Below are positions 23,880-36,330 of a stretch of 64,000 nt of DNA, one piece after another. The stretch comes from Prorocentrum cordatum. Its lineage: Eukaryota. The stretch is taken from the NCBI GenBank assembly GCA_963575745.1, contig CAUYUJ010000002.1, positions 496,001-560,000 on the forward strand, given 5' to 3'. Below the pieces are notes generated by a model. It was not told the DNA's origin. It was given only the letters and a program-made list of their open reading frames with translations, and did not search any database. Within the stretch, counting starts at the first letter, position 1; each line of letters opens with the position of its first letter. Made by a program: the position numbers and the translations under genes.

Positions 23880-26790
23880 CATGGAGACTACGGGTACCTT
23901 CGAGGCCGCTCACGCCTTGGGGCAATCCGGACAACGGCAGCTCTTGGCTGGCGTATGCGCGAGGCCAAGGTCTCGATAGTGGACACCAAACACGATATGA
24001 CGAATGCGTTTGCGTCAGTGTTGCATTCCGAGCTCGACGGAGCAGCACAGAGGATGTATGAACCCGTGGACGTCCCCTTCATGTGCCAGCGCCACCGACA
24101 GGCGAGTGGGGAACAGGCGTGGTTCCGGAATGGGACAGGGAACTTCCAAGGGGATTCTAATTCGGCGCAGGTGTTCCGGGAGGCTTTTTTCTGAACCGAT
24201 CCAGGCTTGGACTGAGCAGTTGACCAGCCGCCACTCCCACGATCTTGTTGCTACTTGCCCCATTTCGGGAATCGTTTGCGATCTCTCTCTCCGAACGTAT
24301 GCCGACGACGTGAATAAGTCCCACCAGACTACCGACCCTGCGCATACAGGCATGGTTATCAGAACTTCTGACAGCATACTCGACCGGGAGCTTCGCAATT
24401 GTAGCTCAGAACCAGGGGAAAAAAACATTGTCGCTCATTATGCAGGTCCTGGGTCCCACAGGTTCAACAAGTACGTCCACGATCTTCGATGCGACCCACA
24501 ATTGGTGGCCTGAAGTGGAGAGCCGTTGCGATGCGATTGCGAAGGGATGGCACATGATGCGACGATTTTGGAAATCGAAGGCCACGTGGACACACAAGAA
24601 GCTTGTATTCCGCAGTAATGTTGTGGGCGCTGGTGTGTCGGGCCTACCCGCTCTTGTCCTTACCCCTGCCCAGATCGACCGAGTAGACTCGAAGTGCGTG
24701 CGGTACGGCTGGGCTCTCCTGGGAGGTGTGGCGGAGAGGCGGACAAGGATAGATGATGAGGGAAGGGAGGTGACGGTCATCCGGTCATTGTCGAATCTTC
24801 AGGTTTGGCGACGACTCGGCCTTGTCCCAAAGGTTGAAAGGCTGGCAGAAAATTGCTGCTAACCCTGCATGGCATGCCCAGGAACTTTCTGCAGTTTTCG
24901 GTACATTCAAGTTCGAGGACCCACGACCCCAGCTTTTCCCGTGGATACCGCACGATCTGGGGGCCCCAAAATCGACTGCCATGACCAACCCGTGGGCCAG
25001 GATATTCGTGCAGGACCTGCCTCCGAAGCTTGGAAGTGGGAGGGATTTGTGGGATGCTATCGGTACGGACTCCCTCAACGTGTTCCGGAATGGTGAGGCG
25101 CGGAGGATCTTCCGACTGATGGATTTCGCCATCGTGCGTTCTGAATGGCTGCTGACCCCCACCACCGCCAGCTGGCCCAGACGAGGTGGAGAGGGGTGAG
25201 ACAGCGGATGGGGATCATGAGTGCTTGCTCCTGGATGCTGACAGTTGTGCGTGCCACAGGCGGTTCAGGACTCGCAGGGCACTGTTGGTACACCAACGGC
25301 AATCTAAGGAGGGCCAACACGGAAAATGGTGGGTGAATTGCTTCCCTGACCATGACGAACCAGTGTGTCGCGTGCCGGTCTACTTTCAAAAACCGAACGA
25401 CAGCGTTTAGGCATTTGACCCACGCGTGCCAACATGGTCGATGCATCGTCGACGCATCGGCCCGCAACTGCCCTGTTGTCGACGTGGCCGACGCTACGCG
25501 CCCCGTTTGCCAGCAGCCGCTTCGGGAGTACAAGTTCCTGCAGGTCCACCTGCGCACCCACTTGCCTGAACCGTTGCCCGACATCTCCTGGCGTGTTCAG
25601 TGCGATGCCAGCGGCGGCCCCGATGGACGTCAACGAGGGCGGCCAGAGGCGGCCAAGAGGCTCCTACAACGGCAAGGGGGGCCAGGGGAGCAGGACCAAG
25701 GTGCCCAGGGTCCGGCAAGGCGCGCCCGCCAAGGGCACCGACAACAAACGCCTCGGCAACGAAGAGATGGACGCGCTGGAGACCATGGAACCCGCAGAGA
25801 TTGGCAGATTGTTCCCAGTGCTGATGAAGTGGGTCCTGAACCTGGCGCTCCGGACGCGGCAGGTGGAGGCAATCACTATCATCACCCTGCTGGCCCCGAT
25901 CGGGTTGAAGCCTGTGACCATGGCGCGGCTGCGTGTTCGAGGTTAGCTGGAGCGTGTCCAACAGGCGAGGGCCGAGAACAAGAGCGAGGGCGATCTCGCT
26001 CAGTTCGGCACGATATCGTACGCGGCAGTTGTGGGCCTGGTCGAGGGTTTCCTGGCAGAGGGGGAGGGCGTTGGGAGAGCGAACCTCAAGAACCTGCAGG
26101 AGCTCAAGGGCCACATGGACCAGATGAGCATGGACGCAGCCGGGAAAACCTTCGCCCTGGTCAAGGTGTCCAACGCGCACAAGGAGACGGATGCCAAAAT
26201 CCAAACGTGCGTGAACAAGGATACCCATATCATCAGCAGCTGCTTGGAGCAGCTCGGCTCCCAGCGGAAGGATGGAGTGGCGCCATTGCACCACTTCGAA
26301 CGGATCATCAACACAGGCCTGTGCAATTGGGAGGAGTGCTGATTCCAGAGCGTCCCAACACCCGGAACCGGAGGGCGACTCAGCGGGGCGGGTCTAGGGG
26401 CCGGCCTGCCAACATGCCTCCCCCCTCCGACGATCCTCACTCTGGTTCCCGTGATGCGGTTGCTTCAATGCGAGCCGCCAGGTGGGACAGCACCACGACC
26501 AGAAGCATGCTTGGACTGCTTCAGGGTGGGAGGTAATACCATCTCCGGGGCTTTGGGGCCACGCGCAGCGATTGCTAACTTCAGCCGACCTTCTGACTTG
26601 GAGTGCATCGTGTGAACGGACACGAAGTTCAAGCGAGCCGACAGTCTGTTAGACAATTTTGTTTGACAGCTCCGCGCCGTGTGAACGTCTGTTGCAAGCA
26701 ATTTTTTTGATTTCGGCCACTGTGAGGCCCCTCCTTCTTCTCTCCCCCTCCTACCCGTGAAGGTTCCTGGCGTATCCGTTTCAATTTCTG
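23880..26790 (+). mobile_element. 5'-truncated, frameshifted LINE: RT - C2H2 zinc fingers - extra downstream ORF
   Basis: HDMTNAF (23991-24011), GNFQGD (about 24138-24155), YADD (24298-24309), thumb region KKLVFRSNV, and fingers CHRRF...H, TNQCVAC...H and ...HLRTH. Confidence 0.85.
25605..26342 (+). pseudogene. About 245-codon ORF 3' of the RT ORF, with one in-frame TAG (25944-25946); unknown function
   Basis: ORFs 25434..25946 and 26031..26342 are in the same frame, with GC3-rich codons and a protein-like helical sequence ending GVAPLHHFERII. Confidence 0.6.
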
Positions 26791-28089
26791 TTTATGCAGA
26801 GGGGGCTACTCCACGCTTGTACCTTGACAGGTTTGCTTGAGGGCCGGATACAACTATTGACAGGTCGTGGATCCTCACAGGGCGTGCGCGTGCACGAAAT
26901 CTTCGGTTGTAAGCCGGTCCTAGAGCGTCTAGTCTGCCCAGACATCGAACTGTGCTCCAGAGGCGTGCGTCGTCGTCGTCCTCCTCCTCCTCCTCCTCCT
27001 CCTCCTCCTTCTCCTCCTCCTCCCCCCGTCATCGTCGTCGTGATCCTCCTCCTCCTCCTCCTCCCAGTTCCTTCTCCTCGTCGTTGCCCTCCTCGTCCTG
27101 CTGCTGCTGTCGGTTCTCCTCCGCCCCCTCCTTTTCCTCCTTCCCCCCTTCCTCCCTCTCCTCCTCATCCTCCTCCGCATCCTCCTTTTGTTGCTGGTCC
27201 ACATCCTGGTCATCATCCTGTGCCATCGTCATATATTGTTCGTCATGCTCCTGTTTTGTCTCGGCCTGCTGCTGGACGACTAACTCCCTGAGCGGCTTTG
27301 CATTATTCTACCTGTTTCTTTTCCTCCCCCTCCCTCCTGCTCCTTTTCCTCCTGCCCATCCTCCTGCTCTTCCTCTTACTCCTCCTCCTCCCTTTCCTCC
27401 TCCTGCTGCGGCGGGGCCCCCGGAGCCCGAAGGGGGCCCCGCCGGCGGACCGCCCGCGCCCGCGCGCGCCCAGCGCGAGCTCCCGCTACGCGCGGGCGCT
27501 GCGCGCACGCGCCGTCTACCTCCTTTGCCTCTTCCGGCTCATCCTCGCCTTCTGGCTCTGCTTCCTCTTCCTCTTCCTCTTTTTCCTACTCCCCCTCCTC
27601 CTCCTCCTCTCCTCCTCCTCCTCCTCCTCCTCCTCCTCCTCCTCCTCCTCCTCCTCCTCCTCCTCCCTCCTCCTCCCTCCTCCTCCTCCCCTTCCTCCTC
27701 CCCGTCGCCCTCTGCTGTCTCTACCTCCTCCTCCTCCTCCTCCTCCTCCTCCTCCTAACCTCTTTCTCCTCCACCTCCTCGGCGCTCCCCGGGCCTCCTC
27801 GTCCTACTCCGCCCTCTGCCTCCCCTCCTCCTTCTCCTTCTCCTCCTCCTCCTCCTCCTCCTCCTCCTCCTCCTCATCCTCATCCTCATCCTCATCCTCA
27901 TCCTCATCCTCATCCTCATCCTCCTCCTTGGCGCTCCTCTTCCGGCGGCGTTCGGTTTCAGTTCCGTCGTCACCTCCTCGTCGTTGTTCGTCTTCCCTCT
28001 GCTCCTCGGCCTCACCCGACCCCGCTGGCACCGCCGCCGCCACCGCCTCCGCCTTTTCCTCCTCCGTCGCCTCAGCGCTGGCGGGTGCC

Positions 28090-29910
28090 TGCTCCTCCGC
28101 CGCTGGGCCTCACCTGGACCTTGCCAGGAGAGCGAGCCCCGACGGACGTAGGCGCTCGCTATGCGCCATGCGACCGTGGCCTGCACGGCCATGCTGACCT
28201 GCTGCCACAGACCGGCCGCCAGCGCAGAGGCGCGCGACTCGCCTCCGGCCATGACGGCCAGCATGCGCACGGTCGCCTGCGCGCTCTCGCCTGGGCGGCC
28301 CCCCAGCTCCAGCACGCACGGGGCCATGTCGAGCCTTGCGTAGCGCCGCCGCTTGGCCCTCTCCTCCTCCGCTGCCGCGGCGCCGTCGCGGTTTGCCGCC
28401 GAGCGGATCCTGGGCGCGACGGCGCGGGCGCCTACCACGGCGACGTCAATGGCCACGCGCCTGCCATCGTAGTTGAACACGACGTCCAGCACATCACCAG
28501 CCTCGTCGGCAGCCGGTGCGTCCGCCAGAGCCGGTGCCCGCAGGCTTTCGAGCCGCTGCTCGCGTAGCGCGCGAGGGTCAATGTGACTCTTGACGAAGCG
28601 CCACAAGATGTCGCGAATCCCGTTGTGGCCCCCGACGACCTCGCCGCCAATCTTGCACCGCTCTGCGTGCACGAGACCCTCAAGGCCATCCAGCTGCGCC
28701 CCGCAAGCACCCCGTGTGCCGGAGTGGTGGCAATGCGTCTCCCCTTGCGCTGGAAAGACTATTTGGTCAACCGTACGCAGCAGGCGCCTGCGCAGCGCCA
28801 TGCGCCAGGCTCCGTCCGCGATGGCCTGGTTGCGATGGCCTGGCTGATGGTTGCCCGCTCCTGCGCCGCCTGCTTGCCGCAGCCGCGCCCAGTACGGTTC
28901 CGGGACACTGTCGAGGACATTTGCGCGCGCACGGAGGTTCACGGCGTCCATGATCATCCTTTGCTTGCGCTTGTGGGGCTCGGCGGTGAAGGCCAGTTTC
29001 ACGTCGCCAGCCAGCGCGGGCGCCCGGGCCGTCAAGTCCGCTCTCGCCTTGGCCAGCTCCGCCGCGAGCCCGGGGAAAGCTGCGCGCAGGCCCTGCTCTG
29101 TGTACAAGGGAGCCCGGCGCACTGCCGCCAGAGGTGGTGGCGCCATCCCGTGTGGAAGGCAGCAGACGCCCGCGGCGCGGCCAAGCCGAAGGCGGCGCCG
29201 CCGTCGCGAAGCGGCAGGTTGCCGATTGCGATCTGCAGGGTGGGCGCCGATCAGCTCGGCCCACGCGTCCGCAACGGCGCTGTCGTAGGCCGCGAGCGCC
29301 TAGTTGCTCCAGAGGCGCGAGCGGAGCAGGTGCTGGGGGGGCCCGACTGTGACGTACCGCAAAATGGCAGCAGAGCCCGCGCGTTCGGGCGTCCTTGAGC
29401 GTGGCCGCCGTAGCGCGCACCAGCGCCGCCGCTTTCTGCACTCCCTGCTCGGAGTTGCCGACCCTGCAGCCAAGTCGTCCTCGCGGTCGTGGTGGTAGGG
29501 AGTGCACCCTAACACGGGGAGGTCGGGCACCACAGCGTGATGCAGCGTCGCCGGGAGAGCTTGCGCTGCCAAAGGCGAAGCCAACCAGACATACGCTTTC
29601 TCCGGCGAGAACTGCAAGCCCACCCGCGCGAGTTCCGTAGCCAGCACGTCGTACGAGGCCGCGAGGTTGGCAGCCGGCCCCGCGATGTACAGGTCATCCG
29701 CGTACGCCACAAGACTCGTCCCAAGGCCTCGCCTGTGGAGCTCCTCTCTAGTGTCTTCAACACGCCAGCCAAGGTCACGCAGAAGAGGATCATGCTGAGT
29801 GGGCACCCTTGCGGCACGCCAGTGCCCTGCTCGACCCAGATCGTGTCGCCGTCGGCTGTGTCGTAGGCGTTCCTGGTGGTGGCGGTGAGCAGCCGGTCTA
29901 CCAATGGGGT
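28090..29910 (-). mobile_element. 5'-truncated CRE/R2-type non-LTR retrotransposon (RT - CCHC - restriction-like endonuclease)
   Basis: GVPQGCPLS (about 29795-29820), AYADD (29693-29704 for YADD), GLQFSPEK, ALRRRL, C...CG..LD....HAERC.......HN.IRD, LDV...IDVAV, E.AKRRRY and P.VLE.GGRPG. Confidence 0.88.
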
Positions 29911-30062
29911 TCATCCGAGGCGTGCGGGCCCGAACGGCCGCCTGAGCGGCTCTCCGGCGGACAGTGCCGTAGGCGTTCTTCCTCCTCCTCCATCCTCATC
30001 CTCCTCGACCTCCTCCTCCTCCTCCTCCTCCTCATCCTCCTCCCCCTGCTCCTCCCTCCTCC

Positions 30063-30084
30063 TCCGTAGCCATTTTGGCTCAAG
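30063..30084 (+). other. Dinoflagellate spliced-leader (DinoSL) sequence, perfect 22-mer, followed by degenerate relics (30085-30120)
   Basis: TCCGTAGCCATTTTGGCTCAAG matches DCCGTAGCCATTTTGGCTCAAG; it is followed by tccgtagcggttgtgctcag and cattttggcg. Confidence 0.95.
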
Positions 30085-30239
30085 TCCGTAGCGGTTGTGC
30101 TCAGACTTGGCATTTTGGCGTGGGGGGAGGACGGCCCCCGACTGCTCCGAGCCTCCTCCTCAGCCTGCCCAGGCTGGAGGCTCCTCGCTTTCACGTGCGC
30201 ATTCTTTCCGAGGTGTGAAGCCTCGAATGACCAAACAGC

Positions 30240-31428
30240 ATGCCCCTTGGGTTTCTTTCTCGTGCTGCTGCTGCCGACGATTGGAAGCTGGCCGCGGCAA
30301 AGCCAGAGTTCCTCAAGCGTTGGACATGCGGATGTGGTAAGAACAGGCGGACGGCAAACAACTGCTTCCAGTGCGGTGCGTCCCTTCACGCCCGAGAGCC
30401 CTGGGTCGAGCAGCCCGTGGCCCCCGCCGAGCCTCGGGCAGCTCCGAAGCCAGGGCGCTGGCGCAACGGGCGAGCGGCAGCGGATGGAAAGGCGGGGAGC
30501 AAGGGAGCTCCCAAGGGGGGCAGGGCCGAGGGAGGCAAGGGTCAGCTCGGGGAGACGCGTCAACCTTTTCGCTCTGGCCCCCAGTTTGCCAATGGCTCAG
30601 ACCCCATGGCTTTCAATGTCAAGCAGATGCAGCGGGGGGAGGTCCAGCAGCTGGCAGCCTTGGCCGAGAAGCACGGCCTCGCGATGGTCTCCAGCCAGTG
30701 CAAGCTCCGCCTCATGGAGCTGGACCTTTTGGCTGCTGCGCCTGTCGCGCCCCCGCCCGAGAAGCAATTGTATTGGTTGGTTGAAGAGAGGGACGCCCAT
30801 GTCCAGCGGATGGAGAAAGAACTCGACCTGGTCGACAAGTGGGAGAAGAGTATGGCTCGGCAGAGGCAGAAGATCCAGGACCTCAGCGACGAGCTGGACT
30901 CCTACGACGCCCAGATTGCAGGGCTCAAACTCAGGCTCTCCGAGCACTCCCAGCGGGCAGCCGACGCCGAGGCTGCCGCGTCTGTTGGTGCGCGGTTGGA
31001 CTCGCTCCTGGACGGCCCTTTCAGGATCGACTGTGGGAACCTGTTCGAGGTGGGTGACGAGGAGTACGAGCTGTCAGACAGACAAGCAGGAGCTCCAGCA
31101 GCGCAAGCAGCAGCTGGAGTCGCTCACTGCAGACAATGCAAAATCGCTCTTCGCACAGGCCAAGGAGCACTTCGAGAAACTCAAAGCCGAGCACGCCGCC
31201 TTGTGCTCCAGGCTCACGAAGAAGCGCAAGACCGAGGATGGCACCGCGAGCGGGTCGGCAGGCGAGGCAGCGGCTGCCTCTGGCCCTGGGCAGGGCGCCC
31301 AGGCGCCACGGTCGCAGGCGGACCTCTCGGCGGAGATGCCCACAGCGGTGCCTGATGTTCGGACTCGTGCTCGGGACAGCAAGGCCAAGTTGGAGCAGGC
31401 AGGGGCCCCCGCAGGCGCCGTTGCCTGA
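30240..31428 (+). pseudogene. ORF1 (gag-like) of the SL-capped LINE, with one frameshift near 31080
   Basis: N-terminal W.C.C...C..C finger, KG-rich linker and a long coiled coil that continues in the frame of ORF 30097..31428. Confidence 0.65.
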
Positions 31429-34009
31429 GAGGGCCCAGCCCTACCGTTCTGAGGGCGCTCAGCCAGTGCGGCCGAGAGGCTGCCCGCCGCTGGACGTGTT
31501 GCCAACGTCCTGGGCTTCGAATCCTGAAGGCCAAGATTGGCCAGGCCTGAAGTTCCCTGTCGCAGCTGCAGCTGGCCTAGACGAGCGGTTGCTGGCTGGC
31601 CGTCGGCACCTACAGCCAGTGCCTGCGGCCATGGAGAGGCCGCCGAAGGGCGCGGGGGCAGGGGATTCAGCCCCCGACCGTCGAGCCCCCGCGCCCGCAT
31701 GGACAACCCGTTCGGCTACCCGCTCCAAAGCCATTGGTACGAGTGGATCGTGGGCGCCTTCTGCTGCGGCTGCTGGGGCACAGGCCCCCATCGGGGCCAG
31801 CGGCGCCGCCGCCGCCGCGGAGACCCCAGCAGCCTGGGGGGCCGCCGCCGCCGCGCCTCTGGTACCTGAGGGGGCCCAGCCACATGAGCGACACGGAGGG
31901 GCAGAGGCCTCTCCCTCGGCCAGCGCGAGCGCCGCCGCCGCGGAGGCTCCAGCATCCCGTGGACCCGCCGCCGCCGCGCCGCTGGCCACTGGAGAGGCCC
32001 AGCCACGTGAGCGACATGGAGGCGCCCCAGAGGGGCTCATACGTCGTCACGCGGCCGGCCCCGATGGCACGCACTGCTCGCCTCCAGCCCCAGCGGCAAC
32101 TGAGGTTGAGGGCGCCGACCATCCGGGAGCCTCGACTGGCGAGAACGCGAGCCTGAGCACGAGAGACCCCGCAGGGGCAGGTTGTGACCCTCCCTTGCTG
32201 GGCGCCCTGTCCACGGGGAAGTCATCCGTTGCCGTGAGGAATGATGGTGGGAAGCTCTTGGCTCAGGCAGATATCGCGACTGGGGGCGCTGCTCAGCCAC
32301 CTTGCACTCAAGACAGGGAGGCCAAGGTCATGGGCACTGTCAACGACGACACGCTCACGCTGGTTAAGTACAGTGGCAACGCTTGTTCGACGGCTCAGGC
32401 GGTCATGGAGAGGATGCACCGCGAGGCGAAGCGTGATGATCACCACTTTTGCTTTCAGGAGACGCGCGTGCAGCTGGGGAGAGCGGCGCCCCCAACCTCG
32501 AGGGCAGGCAAGGCGGGCTTCACGATGCACGCTGCGGCGGCCGCGGTCACGGGTGAAGGGGCCCTGGAGCACTCAGGAGGAGCGGCCACGCGGTCGTGGG
32601 CCTCGGTCGGGGCCAGGCCCTTGGAGGACGATTTCCCCGAGAGAGTGAGGCTTCGCCTGATCGCCCAGCTGGTTTCAGTAACGGCGGACGTCCAGTTTGT
32701 GTTCGTCTCGGCCTACCTGGCGACGAACGAGGGCCTGGGCCCGACAAACCAGGACTTGCTGGCCCTCTCGGGCGAGCTCATTGATGCATTGGAGTGGCCT
32801 GCGGCGGTCGGCGGCGACTGGAACATTTCAGGGGGCGAGATTGTTGCCTCTGACTGGCCAGGCCGTCGGCACGCGCAGTCCGTTGAGCCCGAGGACGACA
32901 CTTGCAACGACAATGTCTTTGGCTTCCTTTTGAGTTGGCATTGTCTCCTCCCGCATGTTTTAAGAGTCCAGGCGCTTCTGAAATGGTCTAAAGCTGCACA
33001 AGTCTTTTTGATCAGCTCGCACCAGATCCCAGCAGGGGACGTGGCCAAGCTTTCAGGCCGTGCGCAGGGATGCCAGTTTCAACTGATGCCGCTCCGCACA
33101 GCCTGGGGTCGCGAGTTTGCGCGTCGCTCGACGGCCAGCGCGGCGAAGCGGCGCCAGCTCAGACGAGTGCTGACGCAGCTGCCAGGGCTGACCAACATAA
33201 AAGGGGGTCGGACGGGGGTGACGTGGGGGAGGCTCTGGAGGGTGCTCGATCAGGTCAGTCCCTGTTTGATGTCGGCGGAGGCCGAAGGGCTAAGCGCCAT
33301 CGCTGGTCGTGAACTGCTGGAAGGTCGGCAGGATCCCGACAGGCGCCCAGACCTCGTTGCCGCCACTGCCAAGGAAGTAGGTGCCAGGATAGCCAGTCAG
33401 GCGTCCCAGGCCAGGCAGGCCTGCCAGAATTTCGCTCAGTCTTCAGTGCTCAGGGGCGGGCGCATCGCTCACACTGGGGGCGAGGCCACGTTGTCTGGGC
33501 ATGTGGCTAGGGCCGTTAACGCTGTTGCTGCCGATGTGCAGGCACGCAAGCGGCCGATCTCGTGGGACAAGGCGGGAGCGCTGGCCAAGACCAGTGCACT
33601 TGCGTCTGCCTCGGCGGCAGAGCTGCCCCCACAGTTGGCTGCCAGCCGAGAGTCAGCTCACAGAGATTTGGGGGGGGAGGCGTCGGACCGTCGGGGGATC
33701 GACTGGGATCTACGATTCTGCTCGCCTGCCTGTACTGCAGCTCAGTTTTCGTTCGCGGCTAGGCGCGCCTCGGACGTCCGAGCGCCCGGCCTGCAGGACG
33801 ATGCATGGGTCATCGACGGGTGCTGGAGGCCCCATACTAGGTCTCCCAAAGGTGTGCAAACGATGCGAAGGAGCTCGGGGAACCATGTTTCACCGCTGCG
33901 ATGCCTGCCCCGCGCACGATGCCTTTCGATGGGGCAGCATGCCCACGGAGTTGACCAGGGCGGTCGACAGAATGAGGCAGATGCACGGCGCCCTCCAGCT
34001 GCTAGTCCT

Positions 34010-34480
34010 CCTAGAAGGAGGGTACGTCTTCACAGATGGGTCGGGGCTGGACCAGCACCACCCGCCCCGCAGAGTTGCAGGCTGGAGAGTGGCGCTACAT
34101 GACTCCGACAGGTGCTACGTTGGAGCGATTTTTAGAGCAGTGCCGCCTGACATCGGCATCTTGGGCGCGGCCAGAGTAGGCGAAGATTATTCCACGCTGA
34201 TGTGTGCCCAGAATGTTTTGGGTCGGCTCACTGGGCGAGCAGACTGCAAGAGTACACTAAGTTGCTGCCAGTCGACTAAATTAACAACTTCAGTGTACAA
34301 CCCGCGGGCCCACCTGTGGAGGCGGGGGCAGGTGCGCGAAGATATCCGTGCTCGGCCGATGGGGCACGTCAAGGCCCACACGGCGGCCGCCAGCGTAGAG
34401 AGGGGCCTGATTTCGCCTCCAGACAGAGACGGCAACAATGCTGCAGTAGGGGTCGCCATGTGTGGGGCGGCCTATGCCAG
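34010..34480 (+). pseudogene. RNase H domain
   Basis: YVFTDGSG...AGW...EDY...ADCK...HVKAH...GNNAA. The last catalytic Asp appears to be lost (GNNAAV). Confidence 0.85.
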
Positions 34481-35779
34481 TGCCGCCGTCTGTGACTTAG
34501 AGCTGGTAGAAGGGTGCCAGTCGTTTGCCAAGCTCGCGACCAAGTTTTCGGCCCAGCTTGAGGCCTCCATGGCCTCGTCTGGATTTCGGGACTTTGCCGG
34601 GGCCGCGTACCTCAGGAAAAGCGACCTGGGGCTGTGGCGCTACCGCGGTTTGTCGGCCCCTGAGGTCCTTGAGGCGGAGTCTTTCGGCGTGGTCCCCCCT
34701 CCTCCTGCGCCTCCTGCTTGTGCTGCTGCGTCCGTTCCTCCTGGGCCCGCCTCAGAAGACCCCGACTGGCATCTAGGCAAGGGTGTTCAACCCTGGAGGG
34801 TGGAGGGGCACGGCGTGGTGCGGAGCTCCGTGTCCCCGATCTTTTCTTTTTGCCCGTCGTGTTGGCTATTTGCGGCCACCCCGCTGCGGCGTGGTCTTGC
34901 AGGTGTCTGCAAGGGGCCCATGAAGCTCTCGGGTGGGTCAGCGTGCACTGTCCGTATGAGGTTGAAAGGCGGTTTTCATCCTGCGGGGCACCCTCTCGTG
35001 GCGCTCGGGCCCTCGGAGGCCCCGCTCGTGGTGACCAGGGGCCGTTGCTCCTGGCGTTTCGGGGAGGCCCCTGGAGGGGCGGCCGCGGCTCCAAGTGCGC
35101 CGAAGGTGGCCCCTTTTTCGAAGCAGGCCGGGGCCTCACGCCTCGGCTTGGATTCCGTGCTGCTCGCTTTTGGTTTCGGCTCCAGAGTGGAGAGGCATGA
35201 GCGTGGTCGGCAGAGGCTCCTCGATCGAGCCCCTGCCCACGCCAGGGCGGCGAGTGCCGCGGACCCAGAGGCTGAAGTGTAAGTTTCTGGGGGGTGGGGG
35301 GCCCTGTCGGCTGGGCCCGCCCGAGGTGGGTCACAGCCTCGGGCGGGAACAAAAAGGTCTCGTCTGAAGGGCGCCCCCACCCCAATTTTCCTCTCTTCCC
35401 CCTGACCCCCCCCCCTCTAAGGGCGGTGAACCTCCCTCCTCCTCCCTCCTCCCTTCCCCTCCTCCCCTCCTTCTCCTCCTCCTCCTCCCCCTCCTCCTTC
35501 TCCTCCTCCTCCTCATTATCCTCCCCCTCCTTCCCCTTTTCCGTCCCCTCCTCCGCATCCCCTTTTCCTCCTCCTCCCTCCTCCTCGTCCCTCCGCCTCA
35601 TCCGCCTCCTCATTAGTCTTCTCCTCATCCGCCTCCTCCTTCTCCTCCCTTTCACTTACACTATATATGTGTGAGTGTTACATTATGAATGTATACACTA
35701 CTCTCCTCTCTCCCCCGAAGACGCCAGTGAGGCGTCCTGACCTCCTCCGCGCATTGTTTTCACACGCGTGATGCCGTTG

Positions 35780-36330
35780 AGTTGAACATTAATATGTGTT
35801 TGTCCAACTCGAACATTTCCAGTCTTTTCAGAATAGCGCTCCCGCTACAGCGCTGGCTCCATGTTCTCGCTCTCAGCCCTTCAATTCACGTACCCACTGC
35901 AGCGCTGACCTCATTTCATTGTCTGTTCTTCGAACTCGTGCTCCTGCTGGCTTCGGCTCGAAGCATCCAGTCCTTCCAAATCGTGCTCCCACTGCAGCGC
36001 GCTTGCCTCATGTCCGCTGTGCCGGTCCTTCGAAATCATGCTCCCGCTGCAGCCCTGATCTCATGTTACGTTTCCCGCTTTCCAAACCGTCCATTTGTAT
36101 TTCCCGTCCTGTGTCAGTTCTGCTATCACTCTGACCTTGTTGTCGAAACGAGTCGCGTCCTCGACGCGACGACGTCGGCTGTGGCCGTGTTCTATGCCAT
36201 GCTATGCCGTGCTATACCACGCATCGCGCACTCTTTCGGGATCATTGCCCTGCTCAACATCCGGCTGTCTGCGCATACAGAGAGGAGGTCCACGCAGTGG
36301 TGAAGGATGGGAGGGAGTGGTAGCTTGCCT
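35780..36330 (-). repeat. Dispersed repeat, inverted relative to the copy at 41412-41810; 5' fragment also at about 8430-8490
   Basis: Shared tcgggatcattgccctgctc, gctcccgctgcagcgctggc subrepeats and caagctaggtgc...ctgacatcc.acccctccctcccatcc. Confidence 0.75.

Larger units (their letters stand above)
30063..35430 (+). mobile_element. Internally deleted LINE: ORF1 (zinc finger + coiled coil), ORF2 APE ... CCHC - RNase H; RT core not found
   Basis: ORF1 has WTCGCG...CFQCG and a heptad-rich region. ORF2 has APE FQETR (about 32453-32467), VSAYL and GGDWN; CKRC......H...C (about 33856-33905); RNase H FTDGSG, AGW, ED, ADCK, HVKAH and GN; and a terminal H...CPSC...C finger. Confidence 0.85.

Noticed and set aside
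30063..30140. SL RNA gene
   Set aside because: No GT donor or SL intron follows the 22-mer; the context is a retroelement 5' end.
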